From the NCBI GenBank assembly GCA_028534125.1, contig CM052817.1:6512001-6576000 (forward strand): a stretch of DNA of 64,000 bases, given 5' to 3'. The DNA comes from Lama glama (lineage: Eukaryota). Both the position numbers and the translations under genes were made by a program. The notes below the pieces were generated by a model, which saw only the letters and a list, made by a program, of their open reading frames with translations, made no database searches and was not told the DNA's origin. The first letter of the stretch is position 1; every line of letters begins with the position of its first letter. This document shows, piece after piece, positions 12,655 through 26,003 of this stretch.

Positions 12655-12940
12655 TGCCCAGGGTGGCCCCTGGACCAGAGCTCCCCAGACATCACCTGGG
12701 ACTCACTAGAAATGCAAAATCTCAGGCCCCACCCCAAACCTGCTGAATCCAAAGTTCTCTTTCACCAAGGTCTATTGCTGTGGACCACTTCTTTTTTCCA
12801 AGTGGTGGTCCCTGTCATCAGAATCATAGGAGGAGTTAGTGAAATAAAGATTCCTGGTCTCTCCTGAATCAGAATTCCTGTAAGAGAGACCTGAAAACTG
12901 GATTTTTAACAGATTTCCAGGTGGTCCTTATGTGCATCAA
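12655..12940. mobile_element. Two adjacent MER5-family fragments
   Basis: catcacctgggactcactagaaatgcaaaatctcaggccccaccccaaacctgctgaatc; catcagaatca...ctgaatcagaattc...gatttttaacagatttccaggtggtccttatgtgca. Confidence 0.7.
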
Positions 12941-13259
12941 CCTCATTACATCCCTGCTCGGAGGGTCCTCAGTCAACACGGGAGGGTCATTGTGTCCCTC
13001 CCTTCCAGGGTGTGGCAAGAACTAATGGAGAGGACTGAAGCGCATGGCAGGATTCTCTCGTAAACGTTAACTCCCTGTGCACGGGCCCAGGACTGCTTCT
13101 CCTGTGTCGTGATCAGAGATGAGCTGTGACAGCTGCCTGGCACTGGGATCCTTACAGACACAGTGGAATGGTTCCAGGACAGCATCGCTCTGCACTTAGA
13201 GATAATGAGGGAAAAGAAAGTGAGAAACCAAGGGGACAGAGGGAAGAAGAAACAAAGGG

Positions 13260-13261
<2 letters not shown>

Positions 13262-13300
<39 letters not shown>
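13262..13300. repeat. (TG)n microsatellite, ~19 units
   Basis: Read directly. Confidence 0.98.
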
Positions 13301-13301
<1 letters not shown>

Positions 13302-15824
13302 CAGAAAGAGAGAAGTACAGATCAAGGGAGGGAAAGCAGTCAGAGCCACAGGGGTTGGAGAGCCCGAGGGAGGAACTTAGGGGGAGATGAAGTCCATCCA
13401 TGTAAGATGGGATATACATTCTCAAAGGCCTCCTAAGTGCAAGGATCTCTGTGGATACCTGCCTGTCCTAGTAGGTGCTCAATAAAAATTGCTTTAAAAT
13501 GAATTGGTGCTGATTTTCAGGATCGATTGGAACCCACACATTCTAACCTGGCCCCGCACCTTAGCAGAGGGGTGCCCACTCTGGCAAGTTGAACTTTCTT
13601 CTTCATGGGAAGCCAATAGCTTCAAAGAAAGAAAGCACAGGGTGGTTTCTGAAACAGGAAGCCACACTCCGGGTGACATTTTGTCTTTCACGTACCCAGG
13701 CTGGAACCACTTTGCTCTCTTCGGATTTACCCCCAGGTCCCCAGGTTGCTGCCCAGCTGTTGGCCCAGCTCTGAGTCCGGATGGCAGGCAGTGCACCTCT
13801 CCCTCCGGGAACTTCAGGAATGTTCCGTCATGGGCTCCTTCTCCCTGCAGCTCCACCTAGGACATTGTCACTTGCTCCTCTCTCTAGCCTTCTCTGACAT
13901 TCTCATCTTTGTCAACTCCTTTGCCTGCCTGCCCTGCTTCCCTGGACGTGAAGGTGAGTCCTCCAGGGACGGAACAGGAGGACAACTTGTCAGCTTAATG
14001 CCCCAAGGACCAGCACAATGTGTGACGCCCAGAAAGTATTGTGTACCTAAATGGTGAGGGAAGAATGAATATATGAAATAATACATTCCTACTGGAAGGA
14101 GATAGACTCAGCTCTCAGGGGCGATATTTAATACGGCAGTTCTCCCTAAGATTCACCTAACTACCTGAAATTCTCCTCTCTTGGCCTCTTAGAAGCAGTC
14201 TGCATCTCCACGTACCCCAAACAGAGGACAGAGGGAATACCACTTCTCGTAGAATAAAATCTCTCTAACCCTCTGCCTGCAACTCCTGACCATCCCACTC
14301 ATTAAGTTCTAAAACCATCACTTGAAAGGTAAACAAATAGACAACTAAGACTCCTTTCCTGTAAACAAGTGTCGAGGATGGAGCCTGAGGGTGAAGGAGG
14401 CCAGCCCTGATATGGTGTCCATCCTTCTAGAAAGAGTGAACTTCAGAGCAGCTAATTGAACATTCAAACTCTCCATCAACCTACAGCTATGTCACTTCTG
14501 GAGAATTACGTGGACTCCCCAAGCCTCAGATTTTCCTTCTATACAGTGGAGATAAAAAATAGCTGCCTTCTGGTGTTTTGGGGAGGATCTAAATCTCCCT
14601 GCACAACAGCAGGCATCAGGTAGGTGACCAAACCCGTAAATGATGTGTTTTGCTTCTTCTGCTGCTTTGTCTGCTCCCTGCATGTGTTTGCACATGGTGG
14701 TCCCTCGCTCTGTGGTTCCCAGCCTTCCCTGCTGCCCCTTGCAAAGTTCTTACTTACTTTCCAAGGCCTCGATCCAAAGTCACCTGCTTAAGCATTCAAG
14801 GGCACCCCTGTTGCCAGGTGACACACAATCCTTAGACTGTAATGAGGAAACCACACGAGGCCCTCTCCAGAGGGTGCCATCACTGATCTGCAGAGGACCC
14901 GATCAGCGGCGTGCCTGGCCAAAGGCACATCATTTTGAAGTGACTTTCTGGGAGAGATCACACTGTATCGATCTGGTTGGAGGCCAGAGGGCTTGAATGT
15001 TAAAAAGCAAGCGTTGAGGTGTTGGGGCTGGTAGAGTCAGGAAGTTTCCTGTTTTATTGTCCCCTGGAGGGTTCAGCAGGCAGGGAGGCTCAGGGGCAGC
15101 GTTAATATTTTCAAGTTTCAGCTTCGTTTGAAGCTGCAGAAGGACCCCCTGTTGGCGGGGGGAGACGCCTGCTGGACTGTAGTTGGTGTGTCCTGTTTCC
15201 TGATGTGGAGGCCATATCCATTCCAGATGGTCCAGCAGAGGTCCATGGCCAGCCCCTCACCCACCTGAGGAAGCCAGCAGGATCAGAGGTGGGCACACCC
15301 AGCATCTTTGGTGTGTTTAGTCACCCAGCCATTCAAATATGAATGGACTTTGTGCATATGGCATCCATAATGCTGGTTGGAATGAAGGTCACACATAGAA
15401 AATAAATATAGCCCCTGCCCCCTAGAGGCTCAAGGGTTGATTGGGAAACTGTTAGCAAGGAGTCTAACAGGAAATAAAATTCTGTCAAGAACTCAGGCTT
15501 TGGCATAAGAATCACCATGGGCCAACCCTCCCTCTGTCAGGGACTTTCTATGACCTTAGGGAGTTATTGAACCTCTCTGAGCTTCCATTTTTGTCATCTT
15601 TAAAAGGGGAAGAGTTACACAAATCGCCCTGGACATTCTCACAGGACTGAAGACGGTGTATGCAATGTGCAGGCAGGTAGAAGGCATGCAGCTTAAGGCA
15701 GGTGTTATTATCAATGCCTTTTGTAGAACTTCCCTTGCAATTTTCACACCTCCACACCGCACCCATTATGTCAAGGAAGGGAAAGAGAGTCACATCCGAG
15801 TCATCTGTAAGTTCCACATATCCT

Positions 15825-16035
15825 AGCAGGCACTTTGCACAGATACTGTGGCGCCTAATCACCTAACAATTCCACGACGTAGGTACCAGCATCTCAGTTT
15901 CACAGAAGAGAAAGCTGAAGTTCAGAGAGTTGCTGTTTCTTGCCGAAGGTCACACAGCTAACGACTGTCCAGGCAGGAAGTAATCAGTTCCTGGATGTCC
16001 TCCATCGTGAAAATCGGCTCTTTCTACTATGCCAT
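15825..16035 (-). mobile_element. MIR SINE
   Basis: cagtttcacagaagagaaagctgaagttcagagag...cttgccgaaggtcacacagcta. Confidence 0.7.
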
Positions 16036-16140
16036 GTTTGAGTAATAAGGGAAGGCACGTTTGTATCTTTGAGAAAGAGCATAACACTGTGGTTAAATGA
16101 ATCCAAGCTCCAACACGTGCCAGTCACGTGACTTCGGGTG

Positions 16141-16543
16141 GGTGGGTTAGACCTCCAGGGCAGCTGTAGCGACGTGCCAGAGACTGGCCAGCTTAAACAA
16201 CAGAAATGTATTTTCCCACAAGCTCTAGAGGCTGGAAGTGCAAGATCCGGGTGTCAGCAGGTTTGGTTTCCTCTGCCGTCTCTCTCCTCGGCTTGCACGT
16301 GACCCTTCTCCCTGTGTCCTCGTATGGTCTGGTTCCTGTTTGCCCACATTCCTAGCATCTCTTTGTGTGTCCAAATACCTTGTTCTTCTAACGACATCAG
16401 CCGTACTGAATTAGGACCCTCACAATCTCACGTTCACCTCGTCAGTATGTTGAAGGCCCTCCCTCAGTGCTGTCACATTCTGAGGTCCTGGGGTTAAGGC
16501 TTCAACACGTGAATTTGGGGGGAGGCACAATTCATCCCATAGC
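16141..16543 (-). mobile_element. MLT1 (MaLR) solo LTR inserted in a MIR
   Basis: gcttaaacaacagaaatgtattttc...ctagaggctggaagtgcaagatc...gtcacattctgaggtcctggggttaaggcttcaacacgtgaatttgggg; MIR halves flank it at ~16075-16140 and ~16545-16660. Confidence 0.85.
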
Positions 16544-17201
16544 CTTTGCTTACTGAAACCCCCTGTGCCTCAGTTTCCTTATTTGTAAAGTGGAGAGTAT
16601 AAGTTGTCTGTAAAATGCTTGGAACAGTGTCTGACACCTAGCAGACGTGATATATTTTCTAAGTAAATAGAATAAAAACCTGTAGAAATGCATTATTTTC
16701 TGACTTAGCTGTTTACGGGCAGAACTACAAAGGGATTCTGATTCTCTGATCCTGGGGTGTCATATAAATATGTGCTCCAGTGATATCTGTTGAGCAAATT
16801 AATGGAGAAAAGTGATTCAGGTAAGGAGGGGTCAGGTCTGGAATATCAGAACTGGAAGGAAGATCAGAGATTGTCTTTTGTCTTAAAAGAAGAGAAAGTT
16901 GGGAGTCGGAGGGTTAAGTGACCAACGTGTCACAGCTGGTAAAAGGCAGAACTGTGACCAGCTGTCAGAGAAGCGCCCTTCCCCTCAGGACACTGTCCTG
17001 CCTTGGACCAAGCAGCCCTCCAGGAAACTGAGTTGCTTAAACTATGTGAGTTTTCCCTCTGTCCCAAATCATCTCAAGCATCAAATGCGTTCTGGCCTGG
17101 GACAGTTTCTTCCAGTAATAACACCTCTTTTGAAAATGTGGCATTTGTATCTTTCACCTGGGAGGCCCTGATTAATTACTAAAAAACAAACTGATATAAA
17201 A

Positions 17202-17454
17202 TTTATTTATCTTTTTTTTTAAGATTCCACATATGAGTGATACCATATGGTATTTTTCTTTCTCTTTTGGGCTTAATTGAATAAACAAGTTTATACTGTA
17301 CAGCATAGGGAACTATATCTGATATCCTGTAATAGCTTACGGTGAAAAAGAATATGAAAACAAATATATGTATGTTCGTGTATGACTGAAACTTGTGCTG
17401 TACACCAGAAATTGACACAATGTTGTACACTGACTATATTTCAATAAAAAAAAA
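17202..17454 (+). mobile_element. Short 5'-inverted L1 insertion
   Basis: 17202-17275 is antisense L1 (agattccacatatgagtgataccatatgg); 17276-17454 is the sense L1 3' end, ending tgactatatttcaataaaaaaaaa. Confidence 0.85.
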
Positions 17455-18369
17455 CGGTAAAACTCTGGTTCACAGAGACAAAATGTGTGCTGCTTAAATA
17501 GAACAGGGTGAATCACAGCAGATGCAGCAGAGCACAAGTTCGTGCGAAAAAGGATGAAGCAAAAAAGGCAAAGAAAAAGTGACAAAAGTAAATGGAGAAA
17601 CTGTGGCTGAAAATCAGAGGTGTCTGGGAGTAATTGCTGGCCTTGGGGCTCATTCCGACATCTGCTTTGCTGTTCTTACTACAAGTATCCTGGAATTTAT
17701 TCACCTTGCTGGTATAAATCGGAGGGCTAATTAATCATGCATTGATATTCTTATTTAGAGTAGTTATTGTATTTTGTTCTTAAAGCAACAGGACCTTATT
17801 TCAAAGGAATGTAAAATTGACATGGAGTCTTTATATTCCGTCTGCTCAATTAAAATAATAATAAAGTGTAATTTCCTATTAAATTATTTGCCTATTATAT
17901 AAAATGTTAAAAATGCATGCAGTGCAAAATCTTTCATTTTTTCCTGTGCATATTTTATAAAATCTTTGTGTATATTTGAACACAATATTGTCATTTGCTG
18001 CTAATTCACCAAAAGGATCAGATAGCATAATTTACTCCATATTCCTTATTGCAAATTTTGATAGTTTCCAATTTTGAAGCATAAGTGTAAGCTGGCTTAA
18101 TTTCATGCTATGAGTTAATTGGTTGTTTTTTTCCTACAAAAGCTAAGATTGTGAAAATCAAATATTCTTTTAAGTTGCATATAATATGATTTCATTAACT
18201 GACAGTCACATGGTTGAAGTATACTTTTGGCTAAATTACTTGAAACAAACAAAAAATAAGGAATACATTTTCATATGTTAGCACTTGAATCTAGCTATCA
18301 CTATACCTGAAATTATGAAAAACTCAAATAATTATAAAAACTGAGGGAAAAAGAAAGGAACACAAACTT

Positions 18370-18530
18370 ACGAGTCAGACCACGCTGGGTGTGATCCAGG
18401 CTGCTCAGGCACTGGCTGTGTGAATTTCAACACCTGACCTCACTTTCTGGGTCTTGATTTCCCATCTGGAAACTGGGGATAACATGACCTTCTCAGCATT
18501 ATGTTCAGAGGAGTCAGTTATAAATAGCTC
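18370..18530 (+). mobile_element. MIR SINE
   Basis: gagtcagacc...ctggctgtgtga...cacttt ctgggtcttgatttcccatctggaaactggggataa. Confidence 0.7.
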
Positions 18531-20490
18531 AGCAGCTTCCTTCCCCTTACTCCGTTATGCAGACTCTACACCACCCTTCTCCAGGAATATACAAATAATT
18601 CCAGCCCAACCTGGTATTTATTAACCTCTATTTTCTACATAATTATATCAAGTCTCCTCTTTAACTTGCATATATGAACACAATGTAAAATAGCTAATTG
18701 CATTTCTTTCTTCCTTTTTTTTTTTTTACTAATTGCATTTTTAATTCACTATCAGAAAGATTCTGGCTGAGCCAATGCAACAGAAGTGCTATTACAGAAC
18801 AATTATCACCTCTAACGTGTCAGAACCCAGAAAGATAAAGTGCTCCAGCCATGGTAGACCAAAGTCCCTTCAGTGCACTGAATGTGGCCTTGTCCCCAAG
18901 TCCTCGAAGTTCATGCTGTTCCCTCGAGTTTGCCTGGTGACTGTCTTTCCTCATCACAGCTCAGCTCAAGTGTCGAAGCCTCCATAAAGAGTCTAGCCCC
19001 CTGGGTAGAAATGATCACATTTTTTGGTCTGCCTCCACTGCTGCACACAAGATTGCTGGTCCCTTTTCTGAACTTGCCTGCCCATGTCCATGTCTCTACT
19101 CATCTGTGTGCTCCTTGAAGGTAAAGATGGGTGCCCTATGCATTGTTCCTCCACAAGTGCCAAGTGCAGTGCCTTGAATCAATGGGTCTATAGATATTTC
19201 GTGAATGAATGAATGAAACCCTGGAAGTCTTGGTTTCAGTAGAGTGGAGTCCCTAGCATTTCCATATAATGGGCTTGAGGTGGAAAAGCCATAGGACTTT
19301 TCTTGGAGCCACATTAAGCATCTGGTTTTGCATATTAGTTTGTAACAGGCCAGAAACATTGCAAAGTCTTCTAAGAATACTTTTATTTACACTTTCTGTA
19401 AGATCAGAAAAAAAAAAAAAAGACACTGCTTATGTAAGGTGATAGTGTTAATAGCAATATTTGAAGGCATCTGCTGGGAAAGGGTGATAATGAAGTTTAT
19501 AAGAGGCTCCCATCTGCCAACCTATGACACTGCCACTGGGCATTTTTCAAAGCACAGTGTTACCCCAGAATGTCAGAGGGAGCCCTGAAGCTGGGATGTT
19601 TTGTGCTCCCTACTCCCCCCAAAAAAGGCTGATGTGAATATTACATTCTAAATTAATTTTTTAAATACAACTGTGCTTTATTTGGGGCTCTCATAACATT
19701 CCCAGGAAGATTTATAAAGTCTTAATGAATCACTGAGTCCTTCCCCACAATTTCCTAATTAATTCTATATGAGACCCTGCTTTGATCAATTTACAGACTT
19801 CATTGTATTTAGTTAATTAAGAAATTGAAGGCATGGATTTTGTCATTACTACAGGCAGTTCCAATTGACCCTGGGTGATGTTTGATGAGCTGCTGTGAAC
19901 CTAGAAAAATGGGGTCCTGACCACCACTCCATTAGAAAACTCTAGATGATTCGTGAGATGAGGTTGAACCTGGCTGAGAAAAAACAAGCATTTACTATTA
20001 CTTTAAAGTAGGATGCAGAACACTGGAAAGTTTCACTCAAGCAAGAGGAGGGAACCAGCCCTGGCTGCATGTTTTTAACTGTGTGTTGTCTGTAACCTAT
20101 GACGGTGAAGAGGGGGAGCTTTGTCATGAAAACAGTTTGTGTCTGAGTTCTTACTCTGCCATTACACTAGCTGTGTGACTTCAAGTTAGCCAACATCCCC
20201 AGGAGAGTTTCTTGGATGGTAAAATGTTTATAACGATATAATGAAGTACAGGAGAATCGGAATCATTTAACATGGCGCTTGGTACGTAGTTAGGGATATT
20301 AAAAAGAAAAAAGCAGTTATCGTCGTCATCACCATCAGGTACTTTCACTATATGGTATTTTTAATCCTCAAAAATTCTTAAGAGCTAGAGATAAATTTTT
20401 TCTTGTACAGATAAAGAAACCAAGTCTCAGAGCATAAAGGAATATTCCTAATATCACACAACTAACAAGACGTGAACATGGAGTTCAAGC

Positions 20491-20950
20491 TGAGGTGGGA
20501 AGCGCCATAAAAAGGACAGGCAGGGTCCCCAGGCAGGACCACTACTCTCCTGCCAGCACCAGCAGGTTCCCTGGCCCAGCGGCTTTATCTCACTTTTTGC
20601 CTCGAAATCGGCTAACTTCTAGGAAAGTGGAGCTCACTCCTGATTGGTCCATTTCCCTCACTCCTGATTGGTTATTTCTCTCCCCTCTGATTGGTCCATT
20701 TCTACAAAGCCTGTTCTTAATTAGTCAACTTTTGTTATACCTTATTTGCATATGATGTTGCAAAGTGTAAACTGGCAGCCTATAAAAGCCTGTGTAAACC
20801 TACAGATGGGGTCCAGAGCTTGGAGTGTTACCTCCTCTGGGCCCGCTGGTGTAATAAACCTGAGTTCTCCAACTTTCCAAGTGCTGCTTGGTCTCTCGCC
20901 CCGATCCAGGTTGCTGTCACAACTGAGCTGTAACACGTTTTTCTGCAACA
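20491..20950 (+). mobile_element. Solo ERV1-type LTR, 460 bp, inserted in a MIR
   Basis: TG...CA termini; 4-bp TSD aagc at 20487-20490 and 20951-20954; three ctgattgg repeats; ATTTGCAT 20744-20751; TATAAAA 20781-20787; AATAAA 20853-20858. Confidence 0.85.
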
Positions 20951-21019
20951 AAGCCAGGGCCCTTCTCATGAACCTCTGTTCTTTCAATTGGCTAGTTTCT
21001 CCTCAAGGGGTATAAAAGT

Positions 21020-21543
21020 GGGATGGTTCTAACATCCTATTTATGGAAATTGATGCCCTTGTGTGATGCCCACCCACACTGAGTCAACACTGATCTATGC
21101 GATCAGTGGAATACAGCAGAGATAACAGTATGTGATTTCTGGGACTAGACTAGGAAAGAGTTAACCACTTCTGCCTGAGTCTTTTGATTTGCTCCCTCTG
21201 GGGAGGGCCAGCCACTGTGTCCTAGGACATATTCGGACAGCCCTGAAGAGAGACTTACGTGAAAAAAAAATACCTGAAGCCTCCCTCCAACAGCCAGAGC
21301 CAACTTGCCAGTCATGTGATGAAGGCATCTTGGAGGTAAATCCCCAGCCCTAGTCAAGCCTTCCTACAGACCTGGCCAATATCTGACAACCTTAGGAAAA
21401 ACCTGAACCAGAACCACTCAGCCACGCTGATCCTGAATTCCTGATGCACGGAAATGGCGAGAGAAAATATCTGCCTATTGTTGTGAGCCCAAACAGACAT
21501 CTGGGGGGACAATCTGTTATGCAGCAACAGGTAGCTAATACAC
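21020..21543 (+). mobile_element. MLT1 (MLT1F-like) LTR
   Basis: ccaacagccagagccaacttgccagtcatgtga...catcttggaggtaaatccccagccctagtcaagccttc...tgttatgcagcaacaggtagctaataca. Confidence 0.8.
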
Positions 21544-22329
21544 AAGGTTAAAGACACTTGCTGAGGGTCACATAGCAAATCATGCCAGAGCTAGGATTCT
21601 CCCTCTGCGTCAATAAGATAGGAAAAAAAAAAAATCTTCCTTCTCTCCCTTCTCCAGCCCAGCTAGGTTCAGCCTTGTCCAAAGATATCATCAACCGAAA
21701 TTCTACTTTTTTGAACAATGATGCGGAGATAGAGGCTCCACTGGAAGTTGTGGTGTGGCACAGAGCCATAACGTCTCAGTCACTCCACATTAGCATGACG
21801 AGGACGTCTAATTCCCTGGAAGAGCCCTCAGAGATGTTCTAGTTAGCCCTCCTCATTGTACAGTTGACTCAGGTCCAGGGAATGTGATGACTTCCTTAAG
21901 CTCACACAGTTGTTTGGTGGTGATACCCTGTATCAACAGCAGATCTCCTCATTCCTTATTCTTATGTGCTTTTTGTGGTCAAGTACAAGTGTTTACAAAC
22001 CCATAACCCACCAAAGACCCCTTTGATTTCCATCCCTCCCTCCCTTTTATTCTCAGTTTTTGAAATAGCTTTGTTAGCTGAAGTTTGCACTGATTCAGCA
22101 AGAACAATCTACACTATTTTATCATGGGTCAATTTAAGGTTTTCACTGGTTGAGCACATAGAATGGAAAAAGTTGAGTCCAAGTTGCTGTCTTTGGGGTC
22201 TTCAACGTACTCAAGGCCAAATTTGAAAATATTAACTTTAAACCAAAGATGTTGGCCTCCTGTTGGATTTTCTGCAGCAGCATCTGATGTTCTGATTCTG
22301 GTTTTTTTTTTTTCTTTTTCTTTTTCCCT

Positions 22330-22790
22330 TGAAACTTCTTTCTTGTTATATGGACATCCTTCTCCATAACTTTCTGGACATTCTTTCTCAGTTGACTGGT
22401 ATGGATTCACCTCCTCCATCAGCCACTTAATGTTGGTTATCACCCAGGGTTTTTTCCTTGACTCTTTTATTTTTCTCAGTCACACATTAAAAGGTCTCTT
22501 TTTTTTGTCTTCATTAAGAACACTTACCGTTTCTTCAAGAAATAGAGAATAAGCGTCACTTCTCTAGAGAGTGTTTTCTTGCAACAAAGTCTCTGTGCTA
22601 GATCCTTATCATTTACTTTTTCTAACAAAGTGTTTACCACTTTCAGAAGTTATCTGCTAGCATGTCTGTCTCTTCCGCTAAAATCTGAGCTGCTCCAGGT
22701 TAAGCTCTGGTATTATTTATCTTGGTATCGACAATGCCCAGCCTGGAGCCTAAGTCAAGCAAGCTTTCAATAAACACAAGATGAATGGAT
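22330..22790 (+). mobile_element. L2 LINE fragments
   Basis: gtcacttctctagagag...tgtctgtctcttccgctaaaatctgagctgctccagg...caatgcccagcctggagcct...ttcaataaa...atgaatg. Confidence 0.6.
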
Positions 22791-23184
22791 CTGAACTAAT
22801 CATTAACAGGAAAACATCACGTCAGTGCGTCTGCTGTGCCCTGTAGATAACTACTGTTTTTCTGTTTCCCCAGCTCATCTCTACTTGCTGAAACAACTTC
22901 TCAAAAAGAACCGACACCCACCTCCTAAGTGGAATCTGTTCAAACCAGGGCAGACATTTAGACCTGCAGCCGAATGGAGAGAGAATTTGGCCTGAGGGAT
23001 GGTCACTAGGGAAATCACAACTCACTCCTGCTGAGAAGAGGGAAGAGGGGAAGAGGAATTTATAGCCCCTCAAAGACTCCTAAATACAGTCCAGGAAATG
23101 CCATTACTGTAATTGGTGGAGTATAACATATTGATTAGTATGTATTTCTACCAAGAGGGTGAGATAATTAGCACTGGACTACTT

Positions 23185-23492
23185 CAGTGTTCTCCAAGCT
23201 TACTCTATAGAACCTTAACGCTAAAAGATGTTTCTTGGGGGAAAAGAAGTGATTCCATGGACAAATAAGTTTAGGGAATGCAGCGAACAGTATCTTCCCT
23301 TTCCTTCACACAAATCACATTTGCATCTAAAAGTCAGTGAGGAGTCTTCTAGTAAAGTAACCCAGATAAGTTTGTTTAACTGAGCATTTTTGTAAACTTA
23401 TGGGATTAGAGCATTCCGTGTTTCTTGATGATATCAACTGTCAGCACCCTGTGGAGCTAACATTCAGTGGAAAACACCGTGGGGAGTGGTAG
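23185..23492. mobile_element. hAT-Charlie non-autonomous DNA transposon
   Basis: cagtgttctccaag...ttccatggacaaataagtttagggaatgc...agtaaagtaacc...tttgtttaac...aaacttat; internally inverted architecture. Confidence 0.6.
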
Positions 23493-23599
23493 CCTCGCTC
23501 CCGTGTGCCTGATCCTGACACACGCAGCACGTTTAAGGTGAACGCTTCTGAGATGTTTGTGCAGCCCGCAGCCCCTTTCCTCGAACAGATCCAACCAAA

Positions 23600-24050
23600 T
23601 GAGTGACTATGGCCTGGCTGCGACTCTACAAAGGCACGCCTGCCCCTCTGACAATGCTTGGTTAGAAAAGCAGACAGTCAGGATTTTCCCTCTTTCAAAC
23701 CAGGAGCCAGAAGTTTCAGGCCCAGCTCATAGGGTGCATTGAGGGAGGGCTGTGGTGAGCTTTCCCCTCTCTATGTATTCAGAGGCAGAGAAAAGTGATC
23801 CTTAGGGAGAAAATGAGAACAGAATTCATCAGACCCTCAGAAAGAAGCAGAGTGAGTGAGCTTGAGGCCCCAGAGAGGCGGAGGAATGGCCTTCATTCCC
23901 CTAGCGCCCCAACCCCCATAGAGCCCTGCTGAACTTCACACCCCAGCATATTATTTATCGCCCCTGCAGACTTCTACTGAATCCCTCTTTCGGTTTGCGT
24001 TTGTAGAAGGTGGTTTTGTTTTCTTCAACCAAAAAGCCTTAACTAATACA
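23600..24050 (+). mobile_element. Old MLT1 (MLT1K/L-like) LTR
   Basis: Ends ggttttgttttcttcaaccaaaaagccttaactaataca. Confidence 0.5.
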
Positions 24051-24059
24051 TGGAATCAG

Positions 24060-24720
24060 AAATACATTTAAGTTCAACGGGTGTTTACTGAGCAACTTTA
24101 TATGCCGAGCCCTATGTTATGTGTTTGTTATGAGGGTTAAAAAAGTAGAATGCAGACCTTGCCCTAGAAAGTTTCACTGAGAGACATGTTCACATGTGCA
24201 GATCCCGCTGGAATCCGGCAATTGCTAGTTGAAGGTACATTAGAGGACATTTATTTAACGCATGATGGAGCTAGGCGAAAAAAGAAAAGTTCCCAACGTA
24301 AAAATTCTTAGGATAAATCTCAGAGCTTGAGTTCTGAGTCGTGCCGCAGGGGTATTCCAGACAGGAGGCACTGAGCGTGCCTAGGGGTCCGTGTGTGAGG
24401 CAGTGATGAGTGTGTGGAGGAAAAAGTGAAGGGCCATGGCTGGAACTTGTAGAACAAGGGGACGAGCAGTGGGAGATAAGCCAGAGAAGTAATCAGCAGC
24501 GTCAGCGAGGGAGAACCAATCCTTCTGTAGCACAGCTAAGATGTAAGGATGTCATCATGTCAAAGAAGCAGGTTCCGAACAGGAAAGTATCACGGTCAGA
24601 TCTGCATGTTACAAAGATACTTTTTGGTAATTGTGTGCATGTTGGATTTGATGTAGGCAAAAGAGAAGGCAGGGAAACTGGTTAAGAGATGATGCTACAC
24701 AGTGGGAATGGACAGGGGCA
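24060..24720 (-). mobile_element. L2 LINE fragment
   Basis: ttcaacgggtgtttactgagcaactttatatgcc...ccttgccctagaaagtttcac...tattccagacaggag. Confidence 0.65.
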
Positions 24721-26003
24721 TGGAAATTAATTACAGACTCTTAATTTAAAGTGAATGAATAATAGAATGTTAGTGAAGAAAAAGTCCTTAGAGAGTTAAC
24801 AGGTATTAAACATTCCCCACTACCACTTCAAAATCCTTGCTTCCCCATAAATTATGCATTTCACAACTGCCCTACATTCCCAGCCTGCAAACATGGTCTA
24901 CAGTGTAGGGCAAATGTGAGTCTAAACATTTACAATATTGAGATATGTGGTCTTCCTGTTAATTGACCCCACCAGCAGTGGTTCATGGAACTGGGAGCTG
25001 GGAGCTGGGATGTTCCTGAAAGATGCAGATTCCTCCTGGACCCATGGCTTCTCTAGAACTGGCTTCCTCCACCTTCAGAAAGAGAGTACATTGGATCAGA
25101 CCAGTTGTTTCAAACATTTTGTCCCACAGTGAACTCCTTACCAAAGGCGAATGTTCATGAAAGCCCTATATTTAAATGGCTTTGGCTGAGGCAGAGAGTA
25201 GAAAGCTTCAAACCCTCTTCTTAGGCCCTGCAGTGGGCTCTGAGATGCCTGTACAAAATCTTAGAAGTTCTAGGAAACACAGGTTCCAAACGAGAGCATC
25301 TCTGTGGTCCTTTTCAGACTTTTTATGAACCTTTATATCTCATTGGTGGCTTTCTCTTGTCTGCCTGAGCTGGGCTCTGACTCCCAGGATACATGAAATA
25401 TCCCACAACATGGGCAGGGGGACACTCAGTCATTGATTACATCTGTGTTTCCTCAGCAGGTTGGGAGTGATCTCACATATATCACAGTGAGATCGCTATA
25501 AAGTAATTCTATTAAAGGTAAGTCAGTGGCCCAGCCTGGAAAGAATATCTCACTGAAAACATTTGGACTGAACCCTAACCTGTCAGTTACCCCTGGCTTG
25601 ACCTTGGGACAAATTAGGAACTCCTCAGCCTCAGTCAGTCTCAATCATTTTTCTTATGAAAGTTCAAATAGTGTAGGTTTTGTGAAAATGATTTTTTTTA
25701 TTCTGCAAACATCAACAAATTTTATTTAAAAACCTGTCAATGCTCACACATTCTATGATAGAATCAGAACACCAAAGTGAAATTTTTATTAACAAAGCAA
25801 GCAAACATCCACACTACATATTAAATTAACATCAAGGCAAAGTGATCAATGATGAGCCATATGGTGAGGCGATACTAACATGGGGTAATTGTATGAAAAT
25901 CGCTGCAGAGCTAGCTCTGAGTTGATAAAACTGGTCCAATGACTGTTTTCTCATTTTGTCAGGAGCGCTTGCCTAGTCTCACAGTAACACGCCATCACAT
26001 TTT

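Noticed and set aside
12973..13425. ORFs with HTHTHT or VCVCVC runs
   Set aside because: Translations of the (TG)n repeat
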